The position numbers and the translations under genes are program-made. A stretch of 58,829 nt of DNA from Candidatus Kapaibacterium sp. (lineage in GTDB: Bacteria; Bacteroidota; Ignavibacteria; Kapaibacteriales; UBA4661). Positions 17,701 through 27,637 of this stretch are shown here, piece by piece. The DNA lies in NCBI GenBank assembly GCA_025055035.1, contig JANWZB010000004.1:1-58829 (forward strand). The letters are read 5' to 3'. The notes beneath the pieces were generated by a model. It had not been told where the DNA came from, searched no databases, and was given only the letters and a program-made list of their open reading frames with translations. The first letter of the stretch is position 1; each line of letters opens with the position of its first letter.

Positions 17701-19269
17701 CTATTCCAGCCAAAGCTCCGGATTGAGCTTATTGCGGTCATGCCACAGCTCAAAATGCACATACTCACCATCTATTGCGCGTCCACTCCGCCCTAGTATC
17801 GTGCCTCGCTGTACGTTTTGCCCTGCCTGCACACTTACCAATGCAAGATTTGCATATACCGTACGAAACGTATTGCCATGATCAATAATCACTACAAGAC
17901 CATAGCCGGGAAGCCAATTGACCAGCGACACAACGCCACGCTCTACAGCACGTACGCTGCTTCCGCTCTGCGCAGCAATCGCAATCCCCAAGTTTTCAAT
18001 TAATGTTCCTGTTGTGCGATTTGTGTAGCGACCAAATTTATGCAGCACTGTGCGCCCCTCAACAGGCCATAGCAATGAATGCCTGCGGAAGCCACCTTTA
18101 ATACTCGCCGCACGAGCCTCAATAGCCGCTTGCTCTTGGGAGTTATCATCGCTCTTGTGTGCATTCCTCATCATTAGCGAAGAAGACTTATGATGCGGAG
18201 CTAGCGATACTGTTGCCTTGTCCACAAGCTTGTTGATCATTGCTTCCAGCTTACGAGCGCTTGCATTACGCTCTTCCAAACGGCGAATGAGCTCTTGCTT
18301 TGTCGCTTGAACCGCGTGGAGTTCGTGTGTTTTTCCTACAAGGTCCTTGTGCACTTTATCCTTTTCTGCTGCTTGCTGAGCTTTCAGAGCAGCTGTTTGC
18401 GCCTCTTTCGAGGCAAAGCGCTCTTTGACGCGCTGTAAAGTGTCTCGTTGCCGTTCGAGATGCTGAAGAGTATGCACGATTACACGACTCACATGCTGAA
18501 TTGTACCGTTCCACAGAATTTCTTCCCCTGCAGATGCAACACCCAGCATCATTGCATCTATCGTCGGCACATATGCTCTACTCACGCTATACGCTATATC
18601 GCCATACTCGCGATGCAAAATTCCAAGTGCACTGGAAGCTGCACGTATGCGCTTTGTCGCTACTCGTAATGAATCTTGTACCTTGGACAACGAAATATCA
18701 AGCCGACGAAGTGCTGTAGTGATCTGCGCATCGCGCTGCCGAATTTGCTGTACACGCGATGACAAGATTCGTTCTTTGTTTTGTATCTCCTCAAGCTTTG
18801 CCTTATCGCGTGCAATTTCCTCACGAATTTTCTCTAGCTGTCGTTTTTCCGACTCTTGCTTCGATAATCGAGTACTGCGTTCTCCTTGCACAACACTTGT
18901 TGCTTGCATGCCCTTCGGAGCTTTGCTCTTCTCTACAGAAGTTGTGCTGGAATGCCTTACTGCAGGCTGTACAGCATGATTTGTGGCAGTCCGCTTCGTA
19001 GAGGACGACTGCTTTGCAACAGTGCGCAAATGCTTCTGCTGCGTATGCTGCTTGTTGTGCTCTTGAGCATTGAGAAGAAGTCTACCTGATAGATGCTCTT
19101 CACATAAGATGCTGCAGAATACTATGCTTGCCAACAGCAGCATTCTCCCCATACTAGCTTCAGAGGGCTCTACAAACGCTACAGTATTTGTTGATATATC
19201 CTGTTCATGCTGCATACTTGCGGCTATCGGTAGAATATAGGGTATGCTGAGTGTGTTGTTTTTGTGCAT
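17701..19269 (-). CDS. M23 peptidase with a long coiled-coil (EnvC-like murein hydrolase activator)
   Basis: C-terminus GIAIAAQSGSSVRAVERGVV...GYGLVVIIDHGNTFRTVYANL...GEYVHFELW is LytM/M23. The central region is a Q/E/R/K-rich coiled coil. Confidence 0.88.
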   Translation of the reverse strand: MHKNNTLSIPYILPIAASMQHEQDISTNTVAFVEPSEASMGRMLLLASIVFCSILCEEHLSGRLLLNAQEHNKQHTQQKHLRTVAKQSSSTKRTATNHAVQPAVRHSSTTSVEKSKAPKGMQATSVVQGERSTRLSKQESEKRQLEKIREEIARDKAKLEEIQNKERILSSRVQQIRQRDAQITTALRRLDISLSKVQDSLRVATKRIRAASSALGILHREYGDIAYSVSRAYVPTIDAMMLGVASAGEEILWNGTIQHVSRVIVHTLQHLERQRDTLQRVKERFASKEAQTAALKAQQAAEKDKVHKDLVGKTHELHAVQATKQELIRRLEERNASARKLEAMINKLVDKATVSLAPHHKSSSLMMRNAHKSDDNSQEQAAIEARAASIKGGFRRHSLLWPVEGRTVLHKFGRYTNRTTGTLIENLGIAIAAQSGSSVRAVERGVVSLVNWLPGYGLVVIIDHGNTFRTVYANLALVSVQAGQNVQRGTILGRSGRAIDGEYVHFELWHDRNKLNPELWLE

Positions 19270-19274
19270 GCGTA

Positions 19275-19730
19275 CTACAGATGCCTAGTGCGGTGCACCC
19301 TATTACGGCGTTCCATCAGCCACACTATAATTCCACCAAGTACTAATGGCACAATACCCACTGACGTCGTAAGGACAGGAGCAAGCCATAACCGCTGCAA
19401 CGTATAGATACGAGCTTTCTCTGGCTCATAGCGCTGATACAGTACAGGGACTTGCTGTCCTTCGTAAAACTCCGGGGTTCGCGAGCCAGCATGATCTGTA
19501 AAGCGCATAATTCCTTGACCAACTGCCTCGAAGCGAACAACCGGATACACCGCTCCTTCACTCTGCTGAAAGCGAACAACAGTACCTACTGTCTGCATGC
19601 CATCGCGCATCTCTCTATACGTAGAGTACAGCTGCAGAATGCCTGTAGCAGTCAAGGGCAATCCTGCAAGGGCAGATATAAGTAATATAAAGCGTCCGCT
19701 CTGACTTATTGTACGAAGAAAGTGAAGCAT
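19275..19730 (-). CDS. DUF3592-like membrane protein
   Basis: TM - beta domain (GTVVRFQQSEGAVYPVVRF...VPVLY) - TM architecture. Stop lies 5 nt before the M23 gene start. Confidence 0.7.
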   Translation of the reverse strand: MLHFLRTISQSGRFILLISALAGLPLTATGILQLYSTYREMRDGMQTVGTVVRFQQSEGAVYPVVRFEAVGQGIMRFTDHAGSRTPEFYEGQQVPVLYQRYEPEKARIYTLQRLWLAPVLTTSVGIVPLVLGGIIVWLMERRNRVHRTRHL

Positions 19731-19759
19731 GATTGCATCAAGAATACAGCATTGATAGA

Positions 19760-21028
19760 TTAGAACTCATCGGTACGCTCACGGCGAATGTGCGCTCCAA
19801 GAGCACTCAAACGTTTTTCGATAGCTTCATATCCTCTATCGAGGTGATACACACGCAGAATATCACTACGCCCTTCTGCAACAAGCGCTGCAAGAATCAG
19901 TGAAGCACTCGCTCGCAAGTCGGTGGACATCACCGTAGCACCCGAAAGCTTCTTGCCACCTTTAACAATTGCTGTATTTTCCGCCATTTCAATCTCAGCT
20001 CCCAAACGCTGAAGCTCAGGCACATGCTTAAAACGGTCTGTGTAAATCGTATCAGTAATGCTCGATGTTCCCTCTGCTGTAAGCATGTATGCTATCCACT
20101 GAGCTTGTAGGTCTGTTGGAAATCCGGGATATGGAGCAGTAACAATGTCGGTAGCCTTTGGTGTTTCCTCCATTATCAGCGTAATCGTATCGCCGTTGAC
20201 ATCAATACTGCATCCTGATTCCTCGAGCTTAGCAATCACAGCCGTTAAATGGTATGGATTTGCTCTCTCGATTGTTACCTTCCCGCGCGTCATTGCAGCA
20301 GCAACGAGGAATGTCCCTGCCTCGATGCGGTCGGGGATTATTTCCTGATTCACAGGTTTGAGTTCATGAACACCCTCAATTTCTAGGGTCGTTGTGCCAA
20401 TTCCGTCAATTTTTGCGCCCATACTGACAAGCATACGTGCAAGAGCTGTTACTTCTGGTTCGATTGCAGCATTAGAGAGCAGCGTTGTCCCCTTTGCCAG
20501 CACTGCCGCCATCAGAACGTTTTCTGTTGCGCCAACACTCGATATGTCAAAGTGGAAGCGTGCCCCCCGCAATCCACCAGACGGAGATTTTGCTATCACG
20601 TATCCACCTTCTACCTCAATGTTCGCTCCTAGCTTCTCGATACCTCTCAGGTGCAAATCTACTGGACGTGGCCCCCAAGCACAGCCACCGGGCAGTGAAA
20701 CTTTTGCCTGACCAAAGCGCCCAAGTAGAGGACCGAGCACATGAAACGATGCACGCATTTTCTTGACATGCTCGTATGGTGCTTCAAACGACGTAATATT
20801 GCTCGTGTCAAGAAACAAGTCATTCTGGTTCAGTTCGGCATGAACGCCCATTGTACCGAGCAATCGCGATAATGTCCATACATCGCGTAAATTTGGGGTA
20901 TTTGTAAGATGATAGACACCACTAGCTAGTAGTGTTGCTGGCATAATCGCAAGTGCGGCATTTTTCGCACCAGAAATTTTCACGCGTCCATGTAAGGGCT
21001 TTCCACCTACAACAACAAATTTATCCAC
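19760..21028 (-). CDS. murA: UDP-N-acetylglucosamine 1-carboxyvinyltransferase
   Basis: GTG 21028 gives (M)DKFVVVGGKPLHGRVKISGAKNAALAIM, the canonical MurA N-terminus. Active-site region PGGCAWGPRPVDLH. 422 aa after trimming ORF 19760..21214. Confidence 0.93.
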   Translation of the reverse strand: MDKFVVVGGKPLHGRVKISGAKNAALAIMPATLLASGVYHLTNTPNLRDVWTLSRLLGTMGVHAELNQNDLFLDTSNITSFEAPYEHVKKMRASFHVLGPLLGRFGQAKVSLPGGCAWGPRPVDLHLRGIEKLGANIEVEGGYVIAKSPSGGLRGARFHFDISSVGATENVLMAAVLAKGTTLLSNAAIEPEVTALARMLVSMGAKIDGIGTTTLEIEGVHELKPVNQEIIPDRIEAGTFLVAAAMTRGKVTIERANPYHLTAVIAKLEESGCSIDVNGDTITLIMEETPKATDIVTAPYPGFPTDLQAQWIAYMLTAEGTSSITDTIYTDRFKHVPELQRLGAEIEMAENTAIVKGGKKLSGATVMSTDLRASASLILAALVAEGRSDILRVYHLDRGYEAIEKRLSALGAHIRRERTDEF

Positions 21029-21247
21029 AGAAGCAGCCGAATAGTCTCTCGAATAATACTTGTAGGGCACATTGCACGATACACTCAGCATCAATGCATT
21101 GTGCCCAATGAGGCTTGCAATGCAGTAGCAAGCAGTAGGGCAAAAATACTGAAAAATACCCGAAGAAAAAACCGCTCTCATACACGTGGAGCTTTTGTCA
21201 TCCGTCTTTAGCACAGAATTCTTGCATCATGCCAGCATGATACTCTC

Positions 21248-22924
21248 TTGTTTAGACCGTTTCTTCGTACTATGCACGCTATTCCCTTTGAGCACCTTGG
21301 CTTTTCGCGACTCTTTGTTGATTTTATCCGCAATGCTGACACGCTGCGTCCCTACTTTCCCCACCAAGCCTTCATTCACTCTCTCGACGGTGCAGTACCC
21401 GAACAGCATCATCCAAGTACGCAGTATCGTAGTGCTCTTCTCGATGCCATTTCCGCTACAATGCAGCATTGCTCACTGACCCCCGCACAAAACTCACATC
21501 TAGCAGCATTGCAATCTCCAACGGCATTAACTATTACTACCGGACAACAAGCTGGTTTTCTCGGTGGAGCGCTATATACTATGCTCAAAGCTTTCACTGC
21601 TCTTGCTGTTGCCCAGCATCTCAAAGCGCGCCATCCACAGCACCAGATTGTACCAATATTTTGGATAGAAGACAACGACCACGACATCAACGAAGTCTCA
21701 CGCGTTGTTCTTATCAATGCTCAAGGTGACGCACAGACAATTCAGATTTCATGGGATACACTACCAGAGCGCATTCCCGTTAGCGACATACAGTATGACT
21801 TCTCCATTGAAAGCGCCCGCACAGAAGCATGTGCAGTGTTGCAGCACCTGCCACAACATGAAGCTGTTCTCCCTCTTATCACCACCCTATACACTCCGGG
21901 CACGCCTATTGTTCAGGCATTTGTCGGTATTCTTCAAGCTGTATTTGGTGAACACGGAATGCTCTTTGTTTCAGCAGCAGAGCTGCGCCGCCGTGGTCTC
22001 TTTCGTGTACTGGCTGAGCAGGAGCTGTCGGAGCTTGGGGCATCTGAAGCTCTTGTACAGCGCACATCGGAGAAACTTATCAGCTACGGATACCATGCTC
22101 AAGCACACCCTTCACCTATCAACTTCTTCCTGCACAGCAATGGCAAACGTCACAAGCTGCAGCGCGTTCAAGATACGAATTATATTCAAGCTGGAGATCA
22201 ACGCTACACTCATAGCGACCTACGAACGCTTGCACAGAATGAACCAGAACGCTTTAGCCCTTCGGTGCTCTTGCGTCCTATTGCTCAAGACGCTCTACTC
22301 CCCAATCTTGCCTATATCGCCGGACCTGGAGAGCTTGCGTACCTAGCGCAAGCTCGCTTGCTCTATTCATACTTTGGTGTTCATCCTGCAGTTCCTCTTG
22401 CTCGCCACTCAGCAACTCTGGTTGACTACCGCACAGCACGCATCTGCGAGAAACTCGGTGTTGAACCACAATTCTTTCTCCGACGCTACAGCGATGTTGA
22501 ACGCGATATACTACGACAGCATCAGCATCTCGAACTCAGCACTGCACTTGATGCTGCAAAAGCAGCTATTAATCAAGCATTTCGAGAACTACTCCCCCAC
22601 GTTACTGCTCTCGACCCAACGCTCAGCCCAAGCACAGACCGCACACGACATCAAGCGCTGCAAAGCATTACCGAGCTTGAGATAAAGATCCGCAAGGCAC
22701 AAAAGCGCATCGAAGAAGCAACTCTGAACAAAGTGCATAAAGCTGCCACACTCTTGTTCCCCCACAATGCCCTGCAAGAGCGAGCACTCCCCTATCTCTA
22801 CTTCGTTGCGGTAGCTGGTTTTGAGACAATCAGTAGCGTACTACAGACCATCGCTCACGCACCAGCAACAGCCCATTATCTCTGCACCATAAGTGCATAC
22901 GCACACGATGCTCGAACAGATTGA
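21248..22924 (+). CDS. bshC: bacillithiol biosynthesis cysteine-adding enzyme BshC
   Basis: IPFEHLGFSRLFVDFI, ITTGQQAGFLGGALYTMLKAFTA, PIFWIEDNDHD, and a ~540-aa length fit the BshC family. The start is possibly ATG 21272. Confidence 0.85.
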   Translation: MFRPFLRTMHAIPFEHLGFSRLFVDFIRNADTLRPYFPHQAFIHSLDGAVPEQHHPSTQYRSALLDAISATMQHCSLTPAQNSHLAALQSPTALTITTGQQAGFLGGALYTMLKAFTALAVAQHLKARHPQHQIVPIFWIEDNDHDINEVSRVVLINAQGDAQTIQISWDTLPERIPVSDIQYDFSIESARTEACAVLQHLPQHEAVLPLITTLYTPGTPIVQAFVGILQAVFGEHGMLFVSAAELRRRGLFRVLAEQELSELGASEALVQRTSEKLISYGYHAQAHPSPINFFLHSNGKRHKLQRVQDTNYIQAGDQRYTHSDLRTLAQNEPERFSPSVLLRPIAQDALLPNLAYIAGPGELAYLAQARLLYSYFGVHPAVPLARHSATLVDYRTARICEKLGVEPQFFLRRYSDVERDILRQHQHLELSTALDAAKAAINQAFRELLPHVTALDPTLSPSTDRTRHQALQSITELEIKIRKAQKRIEEATLNKVHKAATLLFPHNALQERALPYLYFVAVAGFETISSVLQTIAHAPATAHYLCTISAYAHDARTD

Positions 22925-22956
22925 TGGTGAAGTACTGTGCATGCTGTTACCGTCTG

Positions 22957-24495
22957 TTAACCGCTCGCGAGCGCAGCAATCTCACGAATAATAACTCTAG
23001 CGCATTCTGTTTTTGGCATTGGTGGAAAGTCACGCGGTGGCTGGTTGGGCGTCAGGATAGTAATAGTATTATCATCTGCCCCAAAGCCGCTTTGCGGCTT
23101 ACCAAGAGCGTTCAGAACCATCATGTCTGCATGCTTTGCCACCATTTTCTTGTGAGCATTATCCAGATGGTTCTGTGCTTCCAATGCAAACCCCACAACA
23201 ATTTGCTTGTCCGCTTTTACAGCACCGACAGCAGCTAAAATATCAGGAGTTTTTGTGAGCTGGAGCGTCATCGTATCGCCAACTTCTTCCTTCTTGATTT
23301 TTCCTACACGCTGTTCTTGTGGCATAAAATCTGCAACAGCAGCTGCTAGGATGATAATATCAGCCTCCGCACGATACTTCATCACCTCGTCGAACATTTC
23401 TCGCGCCGACTCCACATCAATACGCTTTACATGCATAGGGGTTTGAAGACTCACAGGTCCGGCAATCAGCGTAACATCGGCTCCAGAGCGTGCTGCTTCT
23501 TCTGCTAAAGCAAAACCCATTTTCCCCGATGAATAATTGCCAATAAACCGCACATCGTCTATACGTTCATAAGTCGGTCCCGCTGTAATCAGTACTGTTT
23601 TTCCAGCCAGAAGGAGCGGCACTGGATTATTAGTATCAAGCGGAGTTGTTTTCCTATTGCTATCGGTTTCACCACATCTTTGCTGTTTGAGTTTCGTGAG
23701 CTCTAATTCTGCATCGAACTGTACTGCCTCAGCGCCTGCCTGCAAGGATATTACGGGCGTTTCGAGTGCTTGTTGTAATGTGTCATTGTTTTGAGATGCT
23801 CCTTGATCACTCTGTGAAGCCGACGATACAGCAGATGTTCCACGCTTTGGAGCTTCTTGCGAGAGTCGATGCGCATACATGTCGAAGCGCTGTTTGTACT
23901 CTTCGAATAGATCGTACGGGGAAGGGGATATAGCAGGTGTTGTGTACTGTCCTCTAGCATACTGCATGAGTATATCCACAAGAAGATGTGGCTCAGGCAA
24001 ACGACCAAGTCCAACCAATCCACTTGCCAGCTCGCCTTCAGTAGGTGGGACAATCTGTACACCATCGCCCTGAAGTATCGCACAATTTCGTTGTGTTGCA
24101 CGATGTACCCACATTTCTGTATCCATAGCAGGAGCAAGCAGCAGCGGTGTTGCATGAGGTAGGGCAAGTGCAACAGCTGTGAGTGCTGTGTCGGCAATAC
24201 CATGCGCCAGTTTTGCAAGTGTTGTTGCAGAACAAGGCGCAATCATCATTACATCGCACCACCGCGCCAGGTGAATGTGCCACGACCCTCCTGATTGCTG
24301 CTCTTCATCGAACATTTCTACAGCAACAGGGTATTTTGTAAGATTCTGAAGCGTGATTGCAGGAATGAACCGTGTCGCCGATGGTGTCATGACAACGCGA
24401 ATATCATGCATATCGCCCCGCTTTAGGATTTCGCGGACAATCAAAGGCGCTTTGTACGCCGCAATGCTACCGCTAATACCAAGAACAATCTTCAT
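22957..24495 (-). CDS. coaBC: bifunctional phosphopantothenoylcysteine decarboxylase / phosphopantothenate-cysteine ligase
   Basis: MKIVLGISGSIAAYKAP (flavoprotein domain) and VLITAGPTYERIDDVRFIGNYSSGKMG (CoaB). Unusually long inter-domain linker (see findings). Confidence 0.92.
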   Translation of the reverse strand: MKIVLGISGSIAAYKAPLIVREILKRGDMHDIRVVMTPSATRFIPAITLQNLTKYPVAVEMFDEEQQSGGSWHIHLARWCDVMMIAPCSATTLAKLAHGIADTALTAVALALPHATPLLLAPAMDTEMWVHRATQRNCAILQGDGVQIVPPTEGELASGLVGLGRLPEPHLLVDILMQYARGQYTTPAISPSPYDLFEEYKQRFDMYAHRLSQEAPKRGTSAVSSASQSDQGASQNNDTLQQALETPVISLQAGAEAVQFDAELELTKLKQQRCGETDSNRKTTPLDTNNPVPLLLAGKTVLITAGPTYERIDDVRFIGNYSSGKMGFALAEEAARSGADVTLIAGPVSLQTPMHVKRIDVESAREMFDEVMKYRAEADIIILAAAVADFMPQEQRVGKIKKEEVGDTMTLQLTKTPDILAAVGAVKADKQIVVGFALEAQNHLDNAHKKMVAKHADMMVLNALGKPQSGFGADDNTITILTPNQPPRDFPPMPKTECARVIIREIAALASG

Positions 24496-24581
24496 GGAAG
24501 CTTTTGTGGGAAAGAATGTATAGGATTCGAAAATTGTAGTACACCGCTTTGCTCTTGTATCATATAAGCGCAACGAGCCAG

Positions 24582-26513
24582 CTATGACCGTCCATTACTG
24601 ATGTAAAATCGTTGCGTCATATGCCCAAGCTCGGACATTAAACGACTTAATTGCTCAGCTGATTCAGCTATCCCTGTAGCAGTTTCTGTGGCATGTACAG
24701 TTGTTTCATTGATTGCATAGACCGTGTCGCTAATCGTGAGGGAGCTTTGTGTTTGCTCACGCACGCTTTGTGCAGCTTTTTGGATACTCGAAGCTACGCT
24801 GCGAGATTTCTGAATAATACCTTCCAGTGCTTTGCTCGTTTCTGAAGCCCGTTCAAAACTTGTTTGCAAATTCTGTAGCCCTTGCTCAACGAAGCGCACA
24901 ACCTCGCCGGTATCATGCTGGATATGCAGAACACTGGCAGCAATTTGCTTTGTAGCTTTTGCTGTACTTTCAGCAAGCTTGCGAACTTCGTCAGCAACAA
25001 CAGCAAACCCGCGCCCTTGCTCACCAGCGCGAGCAGCCTCGATTGCAGCATTCAGCGCAAGAAGATTCGTCTGCGACGCAATACCATTGATTGTATCCAC
25101 AATTGCACCAATCTGCGACACTGTTTCTCCAAGCGAGCGGATGCGCTCTGCCGATGCAGTAACAACAGTGTGCAACGCTTCAATTGTCTTCATCATGTCA
25201 GACGCTACTGCCACGCTTGCTCGTGCACTGTCGCCTGCTTCTAGAGCCTCTTGTGCAGCAAGCTGCGTTTCGATACCGCTTGCTTGAATTGCATTCAATA
25301 CCTGCTCTATCGTTTTCACCATTGCTTCCGATTGTGTGCGTTGTTTCTGCATAGCTTCAGCAATGTGCAGTGTTCCTTTTGTAACCTGATGGCTTGCATT
25401 GGTTGTTGCAGTGATTGCTCTACTCATGTCGTGGAACATCATTTCTACCTGCTCGATAGCTGCATTAAATCCACGATACAGCCGCTCAATAACATTATCA
25501 ATATGACTCGAAGCTTGTATGCTACGTCGTTGTGGAACATAGCATAAGCGTACAGTAAGGTCGCCTTCGGCAAAGCGATTCATTTCGCTCAGCATTGTTT
25601 CTACGCACTCACTCAAATACATACGCTGCTGCTCCGATGCAGCAACAGCCTCAGCAATTTTGTGCTCAATGCTCGCTTTTTCTTCATATAGTTCTTGCGT
25701 GCTTGTGCGCAAGCGCTGTACCATGTGATTAAACACTTGTGCAAGTATTCCCAACTCATCGTTCGATACTACCACTGCTTCAGCGTTCAAATCCCCATTT
25801 CTGATACGATCAGCTGTTTGACGAATATTGCGGATAGAATGCCGCAAGCGCCGTGCAACAAGCAGCCCCAGCATCACTCCAATACCTGCTCCTATACTAC
25901 TTATCCACACAACATTCCAGCGCAACGCTACAACTTCGCGCTCAACACTATCTACGTAGATTCCTGTACCAAGAATCCAGTTCCAAGGCTTGAAGAGCTT
26001 CACATACGAGATCTTTGGATAGCGCTTCCCTAGTGGCTCGCCCGGCTTATTGTTACTGTAGTAGGCATATCCTTCACCGTTAGTACGGATAACATCAACA
26101 ATTTGCTGCACAAGTGGCAAAACAAATGCAAACTTTTGTTCTTTCCAATACTCTGTTCCGACAATTTCCTGCACAAATGGGTGCATCACAAACTTGAGGT
26201 CTGGAGAATTAATCCAAAAGTACTCCTTGCCAGAATACCGCAAGGAGCGAAGGCGTTCTTTTGCTTCTACTTGTGCTGCTTCAAGGCTCATAGTGCCCGA
26301 ATCTACTTGTGTAGCATAATGTTGTACAAGCGAATAGGCAATTTCTGCATGATGCCGCACAGCATCGCGCTTCTCATCGTATAATCGCCGCTCAATAGTC
26401 GGTACAATCACTGCAAATTCGATTGCTATCAGAGGAAGAATGGTAACAACCACAACTAGTACAATCTTTGCAAAGATGCTCCAGTCTTTGAATGGCTTCA
26501 CAGAGTGTTTCAT
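24582..26513 (-). CDS. methyl-accepting chemotaxis protein with an sCache_2-like sensor and HAMP
   Basis: N-terminal TM, then [16 protein letters not shown]...[13 protein letters not shown]...[22 protein letters not shown], second TM, HAMP. Signalling hairpin [35 protein letters not shown]. Confidence 0.92.
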   Translation of the reverse strand: MKHSVKPFKDWSIFAKIVLVVVVTILPLIAIEFAVIVPTIERRLYDEKRDAVRHHAEIAYSLVQHYATQVDSGTMSLEAAQVEAKERLRSLRYSGKEYFWINSPDLKFVMHPFVQEIVGTEYWKEQKFAFVLPLVQQIVDVIRTNGEGYAYYSNNKPGEPLGKRYPKISYVKLFKPWNWILGTGIYVDSVEREVVALRWNVVWISSIGAGIGVMLGLLVARRLRHSIRNIRQTADRIRNGDLNAEAVVVSNDELGILAQVFNHMVQRLRTSTQELYEEKASIEHKIAEAVAASEQQRMYLSECVETMLSEMNRFAEGDLTVRLCYVPQRRSIQASSHIDNVIERLYRGFNAAIEQVEMMFHDMSRAITATTNASHQVTKGTLHIAEAMQKQRTQSEAMVKTIEQVLNAIQASGIETQLAAQEALEAGDSARASVAVASDMMKTIEALHTVVTASAERIRSLGETVSQIGAIVDTINGIASQTNLLALNAAIEAARAGEQGRGFAVVADEVRKLAESTAKATKQIAASVLHIQHDTGEVVRFVEQGLQNLQTSFERASETSKALEGIIQKSRSVASSIQKAAQSVREQTQSSLTISDTVYAINETTVHATETATGIAESAEQLSRLMSELGHMTQRFYISNGRS

Positions 26514-26646
26514 ATCTGCATTCTCCTCTTTTCAGAAGTGATATCACAGGGTGGAACTAAGGCATGAACAATGAATAGTGGAGTAATAGGTACGACAGCA
26601 CTCTGGGCAAAACCTCTGTATCTTCCTGAATGTATGTAGGAACATA

Positions 26647-27618
26647 CTATCCCCAGAGCTTTGTCCGAATAACCTCTTGCAGGAGAAGTTTCATCTTCGT
26701 TGCTGGTGGAACAAATACTCGTCCTAGAAAAGGGTTGTAGCCACGCTCTTCAATTTTGCGCAAAATACCGCGATATATTTTACTTGCAGCTGCAATTGCG
26801 TACCGTGATTCTTTGGTCAGTAGCTTGATGCCTCTATCTCCTTCATCGTAATAGTGATGTGCACGCTCTACCTGAAATTGCATCATTGCTTTCAGCTCTG
26901 GAGAAAATCGTTCTTGCAAAATGTCGTTCTCATCCACACCAAAGCGCTGCATCTCATCGCGTGGCAGATAGATACGTCCCATAGCTTTATCTTCTTGTAC
27001 ATCGCGCAGAATGTTGGTGAGCTGCATTGCAACACCCATTTTTTCTGCGTACTCAAAAGCACTCTCGTCGCTATAGCCTAATACAGACGTCATCATCAAT
27101 CCAACAACCGATGCCACACGATAGCAGAACACATAGAGTTCGTCGAACGTCTGATAGCGAGAATATTCCATGTCCATCGTTACGCCTTTGAGCAAATCGA
27201 GTGCATAGCGTATGTCAATCCCGTACATTACCGCAACAGGAGCAAATGCACGCATCACTGGGTGCTCGGACTCCCCCGTCCGATAACAGATGAGTAACTC
27301 TTGGCGTAATGCTTCTACTTCGGCATAGAGTTCTTCGGGTGTACGTCCTCGTGGAGCATCAATAAGATTATCAGCATAGCGGCAAAAGCCATACACTGCA
27401 TACGTAGCCCACCGGCGCTCTGCTGGGAGAATACTTGCAGCAAAGTAAAAGCTCTTTGCATAGTGAGCTGTTATGCGCCGTGCCATTTCAAATGCAGCAC
27501 ACAGTTCTGGCTCGCGCCAGAAACGCCGACGAAAAGTAGAAGAATGCAACGAACGTACCAATGTAATCACACGTATCAAGGAAATAATGCTCTGCTGGAA
27601 TGTTGAAAGCGGATGCAC
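26647..27618 (-). CDS. phytoene/squalene synthase family protein (CrtB-like)
   Basis: YAKSFYFAASILP, YGFCRYADNLID (first Asp-rich motif), MQLTNILRDVQEDKAMGRIYLP. Confidence 0.85.
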   Translation of the reverse strand: MHPLSTFQQSIISLIRVITLVRSLHSSTFRRRFWREPELCAAFEMARRITAHYAKSFYFAASILPAERRWATYAVYGFCRYADNLIDAPRGRTPEELYAEVEALRQELLICYRTGESEHPVMRAFAPVAVMYGIDIRYALDLLKGVTMDMEYSRYQTFDELYVFCYRVASVVGLMMTSVLGYSDESAFEYAEKMGVAMQLTNILRDVQEDKAMGRIYLPRDEMQRFGVDENDILQERFSPELKAMMQFQVERAHHYYDEGDRGIKLLTKESRYAIAAASKIYRGILRKIEERGYNPFLGRVFVPPATKMKLLLQEVIRTKLWG

Positions 27619-27637
27619 TTATGCCAGACAATAGACG

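Noticed and set aside
21029-21214. 62-codon N-terminal extension of the murA ORF; similar extensions apply to rimO 10464-10628, pyrF 15714-15785, coaBC 24496-24573, ARH 35334-35492, 44302-44412, 46065-46238, 29767-30021 and rpmB 52764-52868
   Set aside because: The conserved family N-termini or signal peptides begin at internal start codons. The extensions are Cys/His-rich or overlap neighbouring genes.
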